A stretch of DNA of 64,000 nucleotides from Puniceicoccaceae bacterium (GCA_040830765.1 JBFOMH010000007.1:4563-68562), one strand, 5' to 3'. Counted from the first letter of the stretch, positions 19,631 through 29,045 are shown. Notes: generated by a model not told the origin, from the letters alone. Translations and numbers: made by a program.

Positions 19631-21616
19631 TCAGACCATGCTCTTCCCGGAAAACCCGGTCGCTTCATCGAGCCAGGTGTCCATTTTCATGACATTTTTC
19701 CGGGACAGGAAAGCGACCCGCTGGGCCTTCCACTGGACAAATCCGTTAACAAAGCGACCGACCAGTCGGGCTCCTGGAATCCCTTTCTGCATACTCCAAG
19801 TGAACAGGGAAACCAGCCACTTGGGAGCAAAGCGGTGCAGTAATTCGTCCTCACAACTGACAAAGGCGATGGCGGATCCGGGATCTCCCTGACGTCCGGA
19901 ACGTCCAAAAAGCTGCCGATCAATGCGTCCCGCCTCGTGGCGTTCGGTGGCGATAACATGGAGGCCTCCAAGCTCTGAAACACCCTCCCCGAGCTCGATA
20001 TCGGTCCCGCGCCCGGCCATGTTGGTGGCGATGGTTATGGTGCCGGGAGCCCCTGCGTTAGCGATGATCTTGGCTTCCTGACGGTCATTGAGGGCATTGA
20101 GCAGGTTGATCTTGAAACCCTCCGAATGGAGCCGCTTGGCAAGGACCTGGCTGGTGAAGATGTTCCGGGTCCCAACGAGGACCGGGCGGCCGGCCTGATG
20201 GCAGGCCTCAACCTCGCTGATGACCGCATCCAGCTTGGACTCCAGGGTCCCGTACATCTGGTCCGTAAGGTGGCGCCGGACCACCGCACGGTTGGTCGGA
20301 ATGCGGATGACCGGGAGATGATAGGTATACCAGAGCTCGGAAGCGGCCTCCCAGGCCGTCCCGGTCATGCCGGAAAGCTTGCTGTAGAGCCGGAAATAAC
20401 GCTGGAAACTGAGCCGGGCCAGTGTCTGGTCGACCGGCGAGAGCGGTACCCCTTCCTTGGCCTCAATGGCCTGATGGAGACCATGGCGCCATTTGCGGTT
20501 GGGCATCATCCGACCGGTGAATTCATCAACGATAACCACCTTGTTCTGCTGGACAACATACTGCTTCCCGCGCTTGAAAAACTCCTTTGCATTGAGGGTC
20601 TGCTCAACCAGCTCAAAGGGGCGTGAAGCCCCTCTCCAGCGTTCCGGGAGGAGGTCCAGTTTCGACTCCACAACCCGCCTGCCAGTGCTGGTCAGGGTCA
20701 CTTCCTTGTAGCGGACATCCACCTTGTAATGCTCGTCCGGTTTCATCTGGTAAGCGATGTCCCAGACCACCTTGTAGACCTGATGGAGGAGGTTGTTGTC
20801 CGTAGGAGCAGAGATAATGAGGGGCGTTACGGCTTCATCAATGAGGACACTGTCCGCCTCGTCGACAATCGCGGTGTGCATGCCGCGCATGACCAGGCCA
20901 TCCGCGGCCTTGTAGGGGTGCAGATGCCGGTCCAGAAGGCGCTGGGTCGGATGTTGCTTGTCTCCGAGCTTGAGCCGGTCGCGGAGGAAGTCGGCCACAA
21001 CCTCCTTACTGGTGGTGTAGGTCACGTCCTTGGCGTAGCCACGGGCCCGGTCTTCCGGTTGCAGGATACTGGTCACGAAGCCTACGGACACGCCGCAAAA
21101 CCCATAGAGCTCTTCAAACCATTCCGCATCCCGCTTGGCGAGATAGTCATTGACCGTAATGATATGGCAAGGACGCCCGGTCCATCCGGCAAGGACGGCT
21201 GCCAGGGCGGCGGTCAGGGTCTTACCTTCCCCAGTTGCCATCTCGGCCAAATAGCCCTGGTGAAGGGCCAGCGCCCCCATGATCTGGACTGTAAAGGGGC
21301 GCATCCCGGTTACCCGCTGGGCAGCTTCACGGATGGCCGCCAAGGCATCCGGAATCGCCTCCTCGACATCCTTTCCGGCCCGCCTGAACTGCTCCTTGAA
21401 CTCACCCAAGTGCTTCTGCAGGGCCTGGTCGGAAAGAAACTTCCAGTCTTCCTCCTTGGAATCAACCAGTTCGGCTATCCGGCGCAAGTTGCGCTGAATG
21501 CCCCTGCGGCGCTGATAGCGACCGATGAGGGAATCAACGAGGCGATCCAGCCCGGTGGGTGGTTCCTTGACCTGCGGTATCTGACAAGGCCGGTATTCCT
21601 GGACGATCGTGCTCAT
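19631..21616 (-). CDS. secA: SecA paralogue (SecA_DEAD-type ATPase), C-terminally truncated, 661 aa
   Basis: Motifs AEMATGEGKT, VHIITVNDYLAKRDA, DEADSVLIDEA, GMTGTA, ATNMAGRGTDI and RSGRQGDPG. The protein ends about 70 aa after RQGDPG. Start placed at the ATG (21616) overlapping the upstream TGA (ATGA); the ORF track start is 21661. Confidence 0.92.
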   Translation of the reverse strand: MSTIVQEYRPCQIPQVKEPPTGLDRLVDSLIGRYQRRRGIQRNLRRIAELVDSKEEDWKFLSDQALQKHLGEFKEQFRRAGKDVEEAIPDALAAIREAAQRVTGMRPFTVQIMGALALHQGYLAEMATGEGKTLTAALAAVLAGWTGRPCHIITVNDYLAKRDAEWFEELYGFCGVSVGFVTSILQPEDRARGYAKDVTYTTSKEVVADFLRDRLKLGDKQHPTQRLLDRHLHPYKAADGLVMRGMHTAIVDEADSVLIDEAVTPLIISAPTDNNLLHQVYKVVWDIAYQMKPDEHYKVDVRYKEVTLTSTGRRVVESKLDLLPERWRGASRPFELVEQTLNAKEFFKRGKQYVVQQNKVVIVDEFTGRMMPNRKWRHGLHQAIEAKEGVPLSPVDQTLARLSFQRYFRLYSKLSGMTGTAWEAASELWYTYHLPVIRIPTNRAVVRRHLTDQMYGTLESKLDAVISEVEACHQAGRPVLVGTRNIFTSQVLAKRLHSEGFKINLLNALNDRQEAKIIANAGAPGTITIATNMAGRGTDIELGEGVSELGGLHVIATERHEAGRIDRQLFGRSGRQGDPGSAIAFVSCEDELLHRFAPKWLVSLFTWSMQKGIPGARLVGRFVNGFVQWKAQRVAFLSRKNVMKMDTWLDEATGFSGKSMV

Positions 21617-23769
21617 ATCCCATATCGACGCTGGAGCAACTGGCGGAGCTTGCGGATCCATTGCCGGAGCAAAGGTTCCCTTGGTAAATCATATCGGATG
21701 CGGCCACCTCTCCCATGGTAAACCGTCACCCCGTCGAGCTCGACAAACTGCGACCGCACCTCGAAAAACGGCTCCGATGCCCGAGTCCCGGACTGGTCCT
21801 GCAGGTCAACGGCGACCTCCCCTCCCCCGGCCCATCCAAGGGCAGGTGACGGCAGGTTCTGCCGGTCAGCTGGAATCACATGGTGGGAGGCAATGCCCAG
21901 GGTCTCGCCGGCCTGCCCGTAAATCTTCACCTCGGACTGCTGAATCTCGTTTGTGAAAAGGCGCGAGGCCTCATTCTGGGAAACGATCGAGGAAAAATAA
22001 TAATTGGAATTGTCGATCAGCTGACCCAGCGCGAAACCCCGTTCAAGCCAGGATCCGACGTAGTCATCGATTTCCGGGGAAACCCAGACACCGGCGTGGG
22101 GGGCCCGGACGATCAGTGCATCGCGTGCCTCATAAAGGCGATCGAGGAGCTTTTGGGTGGCCTCGATCCGGCTTTCCAGGGCCTTGATATCGGCTGTTGA
22201 TTCCCTCAGGGCCCGCCGGAGCATGGCATCCGTTCCATCGAGTTGGGCCTGTGCGCCCTCAATCCGCAATTCCAGTTCCTTGTTGTAGAGCCTGATCAAG
22301 GGATCCCCGGCGACAACTTGCCCACCATCGGGAACAAAGACCTCAACCACCTCACCGGAAACATCCGGCGCCACGACGGAATAGGTTTCCGCCAGCATTA
22401 CCCCCGGAGAGCGAAACCGGTTCGGGAAGGGAATCACATCCAGGACCAGAACCAGCACCAGGATGAAGGACACCACTACGGAAATCGCCCGGAAGCGGGT
22501 CCGGTCCAGTTTGGGATCGCTGGCCAAATAGATGACCAACTTGTAGAGCGGGACGATTATCCAGGCAAAGGCACAGACAACCGCCATGATCATACCAAGG
22601 ATGAGGAAGCGGTCCGCCAGGAAAAAGAGGATCGTCGTGAAGATGATGATTTTGTAAATCCAGCTGGCGATGGCGAAGACGGTCAGCCAGACAGCTTCCT
22701 TGCGGGAACGGGCGGGACTGGTCGACTTCTTGTATCCGAAAGCATAATACTCGATGAAGTGCTTGATCAGGCCGGTCGAGCGCTGGTGCAGGTTGGGGAT
22801 GTCGAGCAGGTCGGAAAGGATATAGTAGCCATCGAAACGCAGGAGCGGATTGGCATTGAAAAGAACGGTTGAGACCGAGGCCACGAACATCATGTTGTAG
22901 GCCAGGCTGTGAATGGTCCCAGGCCCTGTCTTGACCCAGACAAAGGCCGCCAGGGCAGCCACGAACATCTCCACTATCATCCCTGAGGCCCCCACCAGGG
23001 CCCGTTGCCATCGACTGCGGAAGGACCACGAGGCAGTGGCGTCCATGTAGGGTATCGGTGTAAAGAGCAGGAACATGATCCCCATCGTATGCACCTCGCC
23101 GCCAAACCGGCGGCAGGCAAAGGCATGCCCGAACTCATGCAGGGTCTTGATGATGACCAGTCCAAGGTAGAGGAAGAACAGGTTGTCCGGAGCAAGGATT
23201 CCCTCGGACTGGCTCCAGAGGTCCTCGAAGTTGTCGATTACTACCTTCAGGGCCAGACCGACAACCACCAGCCAGACCAAGAGTCCGGCCCAACTGAAAA
23301 CCGCTTTCCCGACCGGGAGGGCCCGCTTGAGAAAATTGTCCGGATCAAAAAGCGGGATCCGGGCAAACATGATGCTGCGAAAGAAGGCCTTCCGCTCCTT
23401 TTGCTTCCGCTTGGTGTAGCGGTCAAAGAGCCGGGCGCTGTCGGGTGCGAGGATGGACTGGAGGAGGTTGGCACCATACAACTGGGCCAGCAGACGGATC
23501 ACCTCTTCCTGTCCGGGGGCATTCTCCGGGTCGGCGTCGAAACACTCGTGCCACACCGAGTCAACCGTCCGGTCAGGACTCAGGCGGGACAGGAATTCAT
23601 AGGCTGGCGGGCGAACCCGGAAAAACTGGTTGTTGAAAATATCCTGCAGCACGTACCAGCGTTCCCCCCGGAAAAACTGCCGGTGCACGCGTACATGCGG
23701 CCGCAGGCTGACGCGCTGCTGGGCAATCCTGAACCAGGACTCACTGTAGGTGGAGGGTGTTTCGGCCAT
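21613..23769 (-). CDS. Site-2 (M50) metallopeptidase fused to a C-terminal HlyD/MFP domain, with a probable N-terminal PqqD/RRE-like domain
   Basis: HEFGH (23125-23139) and NANPLLRFDG S2P motifs lie within several TM segments. The C-terminal part has a lipoyl-like hairpin and coiled coil (VAPDVSGEVVEVFVPDGGQVVAGDPLIRL). The N-terminal ~100 aa show a 3-strand + 3-helix pattern. Confidence 0.85.
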   Translation of the reverse strand: MAETPSTYSESWFRIAQQRVSLRPHVRVHRQFFRGERWYVLQDIFNNQFFRVRPPAYEFLSRLSPDRTVDSVWHECFDADPENAPGQEEVIRLLAQLYGANLLQSILAPDSARLFDRYTKRKQKERKAFFRSIMFARIPLFDPDNFLKRALPVGKAVFSWAGLLVWLVVVGLALKVVIDNFEDLWSQSEGILAPDNLFFLYLGLVIIKTLHEFGHAFACRRFGGEVHTMGIMFLLFTPIPYMDATASWSFRSRWQRALVGASGMIVEMFVAALAAFVWVKTGPGTIHSLAYNMMFVASVSTVLFNANPLLRFDGYYILSDLLDIPNLHQRSTGLIKHFIEYYAFGYKKSTSPARSRKEAVWLTVFAIASWIYKIIIFTTILFFLADRFLILGMIMAVVCAFAWIIVPLYKLVIYLASDPKLDRTRFRAISVVVSFILVLVLVLDVIPFPNRFRSPGVMLAETYSVVAPDVSGEVVEVFVPDGGQVVAGDPLIRLYNKELELRIEGAQAQLDGTDAMLRRALRESTADIKALESRIEATQKLLDRLYEARDALIVRAPHAGVWVSPEIDDYVGSWLERGFALGQLIDNSNYYFSSIVSQNEASRLFTNEIQQSEVKIYGQAGETLGIASHHVIPADRQNLPSPALGWAGGGEVAVDLQDQSGTRASEPFFEVRSQFVELDGVTVYHGRGGRIRYDLPREPLLRQWIRKLRQLLQRRYGI

Positions 23770-23772
23770 GAT

Positions 23773-25635
23773 CTAGATCCAGAAGAAGAGGCGCAGGAAA
23801 TCGATGGTGCGATGGAAGATGATCCAGAAGAAGCTGCGCCGTTCGCTTTCAATCTTGGAAATGCCGCCCATGCCGGGTCGCCACCACTCAGCCGGATCGA
23901 CTTCCAACTGGCAACGGACCAGGAAGACATTTTCCGCCTCCTGGGTAGTTGCTACCGGCTCCACAAGGACTACCCGGGCCGGGAACTTTTCCTTTGGCTG
24001 GCTGGAAAAGGCAATTTTCACCGGGGCGTCCAGCCTCACTTCATGAATGTCCCGCTGGTCCACCTTGGCCTCCACGTAGAGCCGGTCGAGGCGGGCAATC
24101 TTAAAGAGGACATCCCCCTTTCGGACCGGAGCACCGAGGCGGCGTTTGAGATCCCCTTCAATAACAAAGGCGTCAAAGGGGCTTTGAATGGAGGCTTGCG
24201 AAATATGGAACTGGACGGATTCCAGTCGCACCCGTGCCTGCTCCGCCTGGGCTGAGAAGATGCGCATCTCGGCCAGCTCATTGCGGGCCCGGGCCTTTTC
24301 CTCCTCACGCAGATAGCGTGTCAAATCGGCTGCCGAAGCTGCCTCTTCGAGAAGAAGGTCGCGCGTATCCAGACTGAGGAGTTGTTCGCCGGTGTCGAAG
24401 ATATTGCCCACTTCGGCATCAACTTCGGAAATGTAGCCGTCAAAGGGAGCAGAAAGGTAGGCCACATTCTCGGTTCGCAAGAGGAAGGGCGCTTCCACCC
24501 GGTAGGTCATCCCCCCGAAAAACAGGACTGCAAGGGCAATCGCACAACTGGCGGCAAGGACCTTGGTCCAGACTTTCTCGGGACCAATGACCTTGCCTAG
24601 AAATTCCCGGGTGGCCGTGGCCAGGCGGGCGCCGAACCAGCGGTCCCGTCGCTTGAGGTCATGCAGGCGCGGCGTTGCCAGGTCAGCGGTGATCCGAAGC
24701 AGCCGGATTTCCTCGTCGCGGAAAGGCTCGGTTGAGCGCTCAAGGGTAATCACTCCGATGGGCTCCCCTTCGTGGCGCATTGGTATCGAACAGATGAATT
24801 TCACGCCATGGTTGGCAGCGAACTTCTCGTGGTCGCGGGTGATCAGAGTCTCCCCTTCCAATGGCGGATAATAGATTTCCTCGTCCTGATCGTAGGCCTC
24901 CTCCATGGCGGATTCGAGCTCACTGACAACCTGCATTTTCTTCTCAAACTTGTCTGAATGGCTGATGGCCTTGGTACGGATGTAGCCGCGCTGTTCCCAA
25001 CCCAGGCTGGCCCGGTCACACTTGTGCTGCCCGGCCAACTCATTGACGAAAACCATCGCCATCTCGACGAACTTCTTCTTCCCGTCCATCATGACCACAA
25101 GGTCAATGACGGAGGCTGCCTGGGCCGCCGCCCCGGGGGCGCGGTTTGACGATTGATAATGCTGCACATCGGCCGGCAGGCAGTTGGCCAGCAAAAGGCG
25201 TTTCAATGCCTCGTCCACTTCCTCCGGTGATACACCGGACAGGAGAAAAACAGCTGCCCATTGCTCGCTGGCACGGCCAGTCTCCAGCTGAATGGCCAGC
25301 GCTGCTTCCTTGGAGTCGCCTGCTGAGGAAGAGGAAATTTCCCTCAAGGCCTGCCCATTTTCGGCAGCCGTATCACAAAGGACCTCGAGTCGATCAAAGA
25401 AGTGGTTCAATCCTTCCCCACTGAGGTTTGCCGGTGAGGCCACAACCTTGCGCCAGCCCGTTCCCTCGTTCTTTCGCTTGCGCACAACGAGACCGAACCG
25501 GGCCATGCCAATCGTCACAAGGGCATCGATATAGGTTTGCCAGAAAACTGCCGGAGGACCGGAAAAACGCCTTAGTGAAGCCAGCTGTTCAAGGGCATCC
25601 CGGAAGGTGCCGGATTGTTCGTGTTCACTGGACAT
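23773..25635 (-). CDS. HlyD-family membrane fusion protein with an N-terminal GAF-like region
   Basis: GAF-like segment (FICSIPMRHEGEPIGVITLERSTEPFRDEE), one TM helix, then MFP core (LSAPFDGYISEV...GEQLLSLD...SPFDAFVIEG). Confidence 0.82.
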   Translation of the reverse strand: MSSEHEQSGTFRDALEQLASLRRFSGPPAVFWQTYIDALVTIGMARFGLVVRKRKNEGTGWRKVVASPANLSGEGLNHFFDRLEVLCDTAAENGQALREISSSSAGDSKEAALAIQLETGRASEQWAAVFLLSGVSPEEVDEALKRLLLANCLPADVQHYQSSNRAPGAAAQAASVIDLVVMMDGKKKFVEMAMVFVNELAGQHKCDRASLGWEQRGYIRTKAISHSDKFEKKMQVVSELESAMEEAYDQDEEIYYPPLEGETLITRDHEKFAANHGVKFICSIPMRHEGEPIGVITLERSTEPFRDEEIRLLRITADLATPRLHDLKRRDRWFGARLATATREFLGKVIGPEKVWTKVLAASCAIALAVLFFGGMTYRVEAPFLLRTENVAYLSAPFDGYISEVDAEVGNIFDTGEQLLSLDTRDLLLEEAASAADLTRYLREEEKARARNELAEMRIFSAQAEQARVRLESVQFHISQASIQSPFDAFVIEGDLKRRLGAPVRKGDVLFKIARLDRLYVEAKVDQRDIHEVRLDAPVKIAFSSQPKEKFPARVVLVEPVATTQEAENVFLVRCQLEVDPAEWWRPGMGGISKIESERRSFFWIIFHRTIDFLRLFFWI

Positions 25636-25637
25636 GA

Positions 25638-26393
25638 TTAATCCTCCAGGCTGAGTTTGAGGAAGCCGCCCTCACCGGGACGCACGGCTCCACCGGGATT
25701 GGCAAAGATGGCCTTTATCCGCAGCAGGCCGCTGGCGGAGTCAACAACCGGGGAGATGAAGACAATCTCCCCGTTCATGCTGGAATTACCTGATGCTTGA
25801 CCCAATTCGGAGATAAATCCCACCGTGTCTCCCATCGACAATCGGCTGGCCAGAGCGGGATCGATATTGGCCACACAGTAGAATTGGCGTGTATCGACGA
25901 TACGCATCAGGATTTGCGGAGGCTCGCAATATTCACCCACCTCTATTGGCAGGCGGGTAACCGTTCCCGTAAACGGTGCCCGGAGTCGCTTCTTTTCCAG
26001 CGAGTCCTTGGCCAGGTCCAGTTCGATGACCGAGATCTGGTAATCACTGCGGGCCTCATCAACCTCCTCCATGGAAATCGAACTGGTTTTCTCCAGCAGC
26101 ATTTCCGATCGCTCGAGGGTGGCCTTGAGGTTGGCTACGAGCACTTCCCGTCGCTTGATATCCAACTCCTCGGCGATGGAGTCCAGCTCGACAATGACTG
26201 TTCCCTTCTCCACGAAACTGCCTTCACCGTGCCGGATGGCACTGACAGTGCCCGGTAGAGTGGATGTCATTTCCACGTCCGCTACCGCTTCTGTCAGGCA
26301 GCGGATCGTTTTTGCTTCAAGCGTGCTAACGAATGTGGCTGCCGTCAAAACGACGAGGGAGAGGCTTCTTTTCAGGTTCCGTTGAGATATCAT
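25638..26393 (-). CDS. Efflux/T1SS periplasmic adaptor (MFP)
   Basis: Signal/TM N-terminus, LPGTVSAIRHGEGSFVEKGTVIVELD, LRAPFTGTV and ISPVVDSASG. Confidence 0.88.
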   Translation of the reverse strand: MISQRNLKRSLSLVVLTAATFVSTLEAKTIRCLTEAVADVEMTSTLPGTVSAIRHGEGSFVEKGTVIVELDSIAEELDIKRREVLVANLKATLERSEMLLEKTSSISMEEVDEARSDYQISVIELDLAKDSLEKKRLRAPFTGTVTRLPIEVGEYCEPPQILMRIVDTRQFYCVANIDPALASRLSMGDTVGFISELGQASGNSSMNGEIVFISPVVDSASGLLRIKAIFANPGGAVRPGEGGFLKLSLED

Positions 26394-28197
26394 AATTGTC
26401 TTCTTCCTGGTAGGGCTTGCGGTAGGATTTTACGGGCAGGGAATCCCAATCGACTCCGAGCCACGGTGTAGTGAAAGTGTCCTCCTGAAAGGCCACCGGG
26501 GCCTCCGCAGGGAGGCGGTCAAAGTCCGCCAGGCGGTAGTCCATGGCCGGGGTTTGCCGGTCTCCATTCCGGGCCCAGTAAGCGGTTCGCTCCTCGAGCT
26601 CCGCATAGTCCACCTCAAGGTTGCGCAGTTGCAGGATGCTTCCCGAAATCAATTGCAGTTCAAGGAGGGACCGCTGGTAATCGATTTCACTTTGCAACTG
26701 CTCCAAGCGGGCGGCAAAGAGCTCCTGCTCGGCCTCCAGTACGCTCCGGGCATCCATCCGGCCAATGTCCCGGCTTTGCATGCGGGTATCGAGAAGGCTG
26801 ATCCGGAAATCAACCACCGATTCCATGCTTCGGGCGGTCGTGAAATTGGCATCGATTCGCTGTGCAGCCGTGTCACAGCCAACCTGGACCTGGGTAAAGA
26901 GACTGGCTTCCGTCCGCTCCGCCCGCATCAACCGCAAATTGGCGGCGCGCTTTTCGTTGACGCCACGAACGTCACCCCAAAGCGGCACCCGGACAACGAC
27001 GCCGACCGACCAGAGGGGAAAGTCATAGCTTTTGAGATCCTCCCAGGATTCCTCCCACCAGCGGCCAAATCCGGATGAGCCCATGTCGGCCTTGAGGTTG
27101 ACCTCGGGAAGCCGCTGGTTCTTCGCGTAACCAAGGCGGATTCGCTCCTGCTCAGTCTGGATTTTAGCCTTTAACAAATCAGGATTCATCGAGGAGGCGG
27201 TGAGCTTAATTTCATCGTAGACACTTTCGACCTCCTTCGATTCCGGAGAGTCGGTCACGATATAACCGACCTGATACTCCCGCGGAACGCCACCAAAATA
27301 CGAGGCCAGGTTGTTCATCGCGTTCACCTGTTTCTGGAAGGACTCCCGTTCGCGCGAACGGCGCAGGGCCAGCCCCGCTTCCGCCTCAAGGACATCGAGC
27401 TTGGCACCCCGACCGGCATCAAAACTGGCCCGGCTGTCTTCAAGGATGGTTGCTGAGAGCGCTACCGATTCCCGACTCAGCTTCAGTTCTTCCTGTGCAT
27501 AATACAAATCCCAGTAGGCCAGTTCCGCCTCGGCGACAACCGTCATCAACTCGCGACGATAGTCCTGGAAAGCGATCTCTGATTGGCGCGCAGCCATCCG
27601 CAGGGAGGCCAGGTTGGAGGCAAAGCCAAATCCCTTTAGGAGCGGTTGCTCGACCGTCAGTCCCCAGCGGGTCTGGTAGCCCTCTTGCGGATTGTCACTC
27701 GTGATCGGTGCATTCCGGTAAATATCATCCCCGAAAACACCGAGTTGCACCCGGGTGCCAAGGGGTGTCCTCACCTCCACCGCGGAACTCAGGCGCCAGG
27801 TGTTTTCCTCGTAGATGTCAGGATAAAAGTCCCTGTCCTCATTCCCGTTGATGGTATTCTGGACCCAGTTGGTGATACGGGTTTCCGGATCCGTGTTCGG
27901 TTGCCTCCGGTCAACGAACTCTGCACTGGAAACAAGGGCCGGCTCGAAGGCACCCATTTCCGCGCTTCGCTGCCGCCGCGCGGCATGAAAGCCCAACAGG
28001 CGGGCCTGCACGGACTCATTATAGTCGACCACGCGCTGCATGTATTCTTCCAGCGACAAGTGGTCATTCGTACCATACCGCGGTTCCAAGGACATCCGCT
28101 GCTCCTCCATTGTCGAAGCAGAAAGGGTGATGTTGGAAACTAACAGGCAAAGCAGGACGGGGCCTATACCCCATACAGGACACAGAAAACACCTCAT
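26326..28197 (-). CDS. tolC: TolC-family outer membrane channel with a long C-terminal extension
   Basis: OEP repeats (QPLLKGFG...LRMAARQSEIAFQDYRREL...YWDLYYAQ; RLPEVNL; VLEAEQELFAARL). It overlaps the downstream MFP start by 68 nt. Confidence 0.88.
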   Translation of the reverse strand: MRCFLCPVWGIGPVLLCLLVSNITLSASTMEEQRMSLEPRYGTNDHLSLEEYMQRVVDYNESVQARLLGFHAARRQRSAEMGAFEPALVSSAEFVDRRQPNTDPETRITNWVQNTINGNEDRDFYPDIYEENTWRLSSAVEVRTPLGTRVQLGVFGDDIYRNAPITSDNPQEGYQTRWGLTVEQPLLKGFGFASNLASLRMAARQSEIAFQDYRRELMTVVAEAELAYWDLYYAQEELKLSRESVALSATILEDSRASFDAGRGAKLDVLEAEAGLALRRSRERESFQKQVNAMNNLASYFGGVPREYQVGYIVTDSPESKEVESVYDEIKLTASSMNPDLLKAKIQTEQERIRLGYAKNQRLPEVNLKADMGSSGFGRWWEESWEDLKSYDFPLWSVGVVVRVPLWGDVRGVNEKRAANLRLMRAERTEASLFTQVQVGCDTAAQRIDANFTTARSMESVVDFRISLLDTRMQSRDIGRMDARSVLEAEQELFAARLEQLQSEIDYQRSLLELQLISGSILQLRNLEVDYAELEERTAYWARNGDRQTPAMDYRLADFDRLPAEAPVAFQEDTFTTPWLGVDWDSLPVKSYRKPYQEEDNYDISTEPEKKPLPRRFDGSHIR

Positions 28198-28337
28198 TTA
28201 AGCATTCAAGACGATACCGGGAATCGAATCAAGAACGAAGTGAGGCCATTACCAGCAGGCATCATACACGCCATTAGCAGTCTTAAAATGGAGATTTCAG
28301 CTGCTATTCAGGTAAAAATCAGTCCTTAACCCGTGTT

Positions 28338-28838
28338 TTACGGCCCGTACGGCGAGTAGGTAACCGGATACTCCGGGATACTCACATGGTAATGGCCTTC
28401 CAGGAATGTGGCGATATCCATCAGCTGGCCGGTTGTCATGGCCTCTGAATAGTCCGGCATCAGGGACTTACCGTCCGGCATATCATACAGTTGCAGGACA
28501 TCCGGCCGGATACTTTCCGAAGGATGAATGATCGCGGTAATCAATTCACCGTAGGTCTTGACCCGGTATACTTGCCCACCGAGGGGTACAACCAGTCCGT
28601 CTTCGTAGGGCTCCACGCTAAACGAGTCGATACCCGCCACAGTATGACATTGGGCACAGCGCAGTTCATTAAAGGCCTGGAGTCCCTTACCAGCATCGCC
28701 AGCGGGAATCCTGAAACCCGGCTCATTGGCGATCGTCTGCCAGATGACAACAATATTAATGAACACCGATAGAATCAGGAGAACCCCCAACACGACGGTT
28801 GCGCTGGTCGTTCTGTTATCTTTTTTCGTCATTTCCAT
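28338..28838 (-). CDS. Membrane-anchored monoheme c-type cytochrome (~166 aa)
   Basis: N-terminal TM helix, single CAQCH and distal SLMPDY Met. GGAGG lies 5 nt upstream of the ATG at 28838. Confidence 0.82.
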   Translation of the reverse strand: MEMTKKDNRTTSATVVLGVLLILSVFINIVVIWQTIANEPGFRIPAGDAGKGLQAFNELRCAQCHTVAGIDSFSVEPYEDGLVVPLGGQVYRVKTYGELITAIIHPSESIRPDVLQLYDMPDGKSLMPDYSEAMTTGQLMDIATFLEGHYHVSIPEYPVTYSPYGP

Positions 28839-29045
28839 ACCCACCTCCATTCTATTCATAAGAAATTCATCCGGAATTGGCAAGAATGAAGCAGTCGGCG
28901 AAATTTGTTCCGGAATGGATTATAAGCTTGCCAGCGGCCTTGGATTAGCGAGTGTCCTGCGCTTCATCGCGGGAACATCCCGCAGGGGAGACCGGTCATG
29001 GCCATGTTCTGGTAGCCTGCTTTTAAAACCGGTCGAGAAAACCAC

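Noticed and set aside
19631-21661. Housekeeping secA
   Set aside because: Too short, lacks the C-terminal third, and is embedded in a TolC/MFP operon. Treated as a paralogue.
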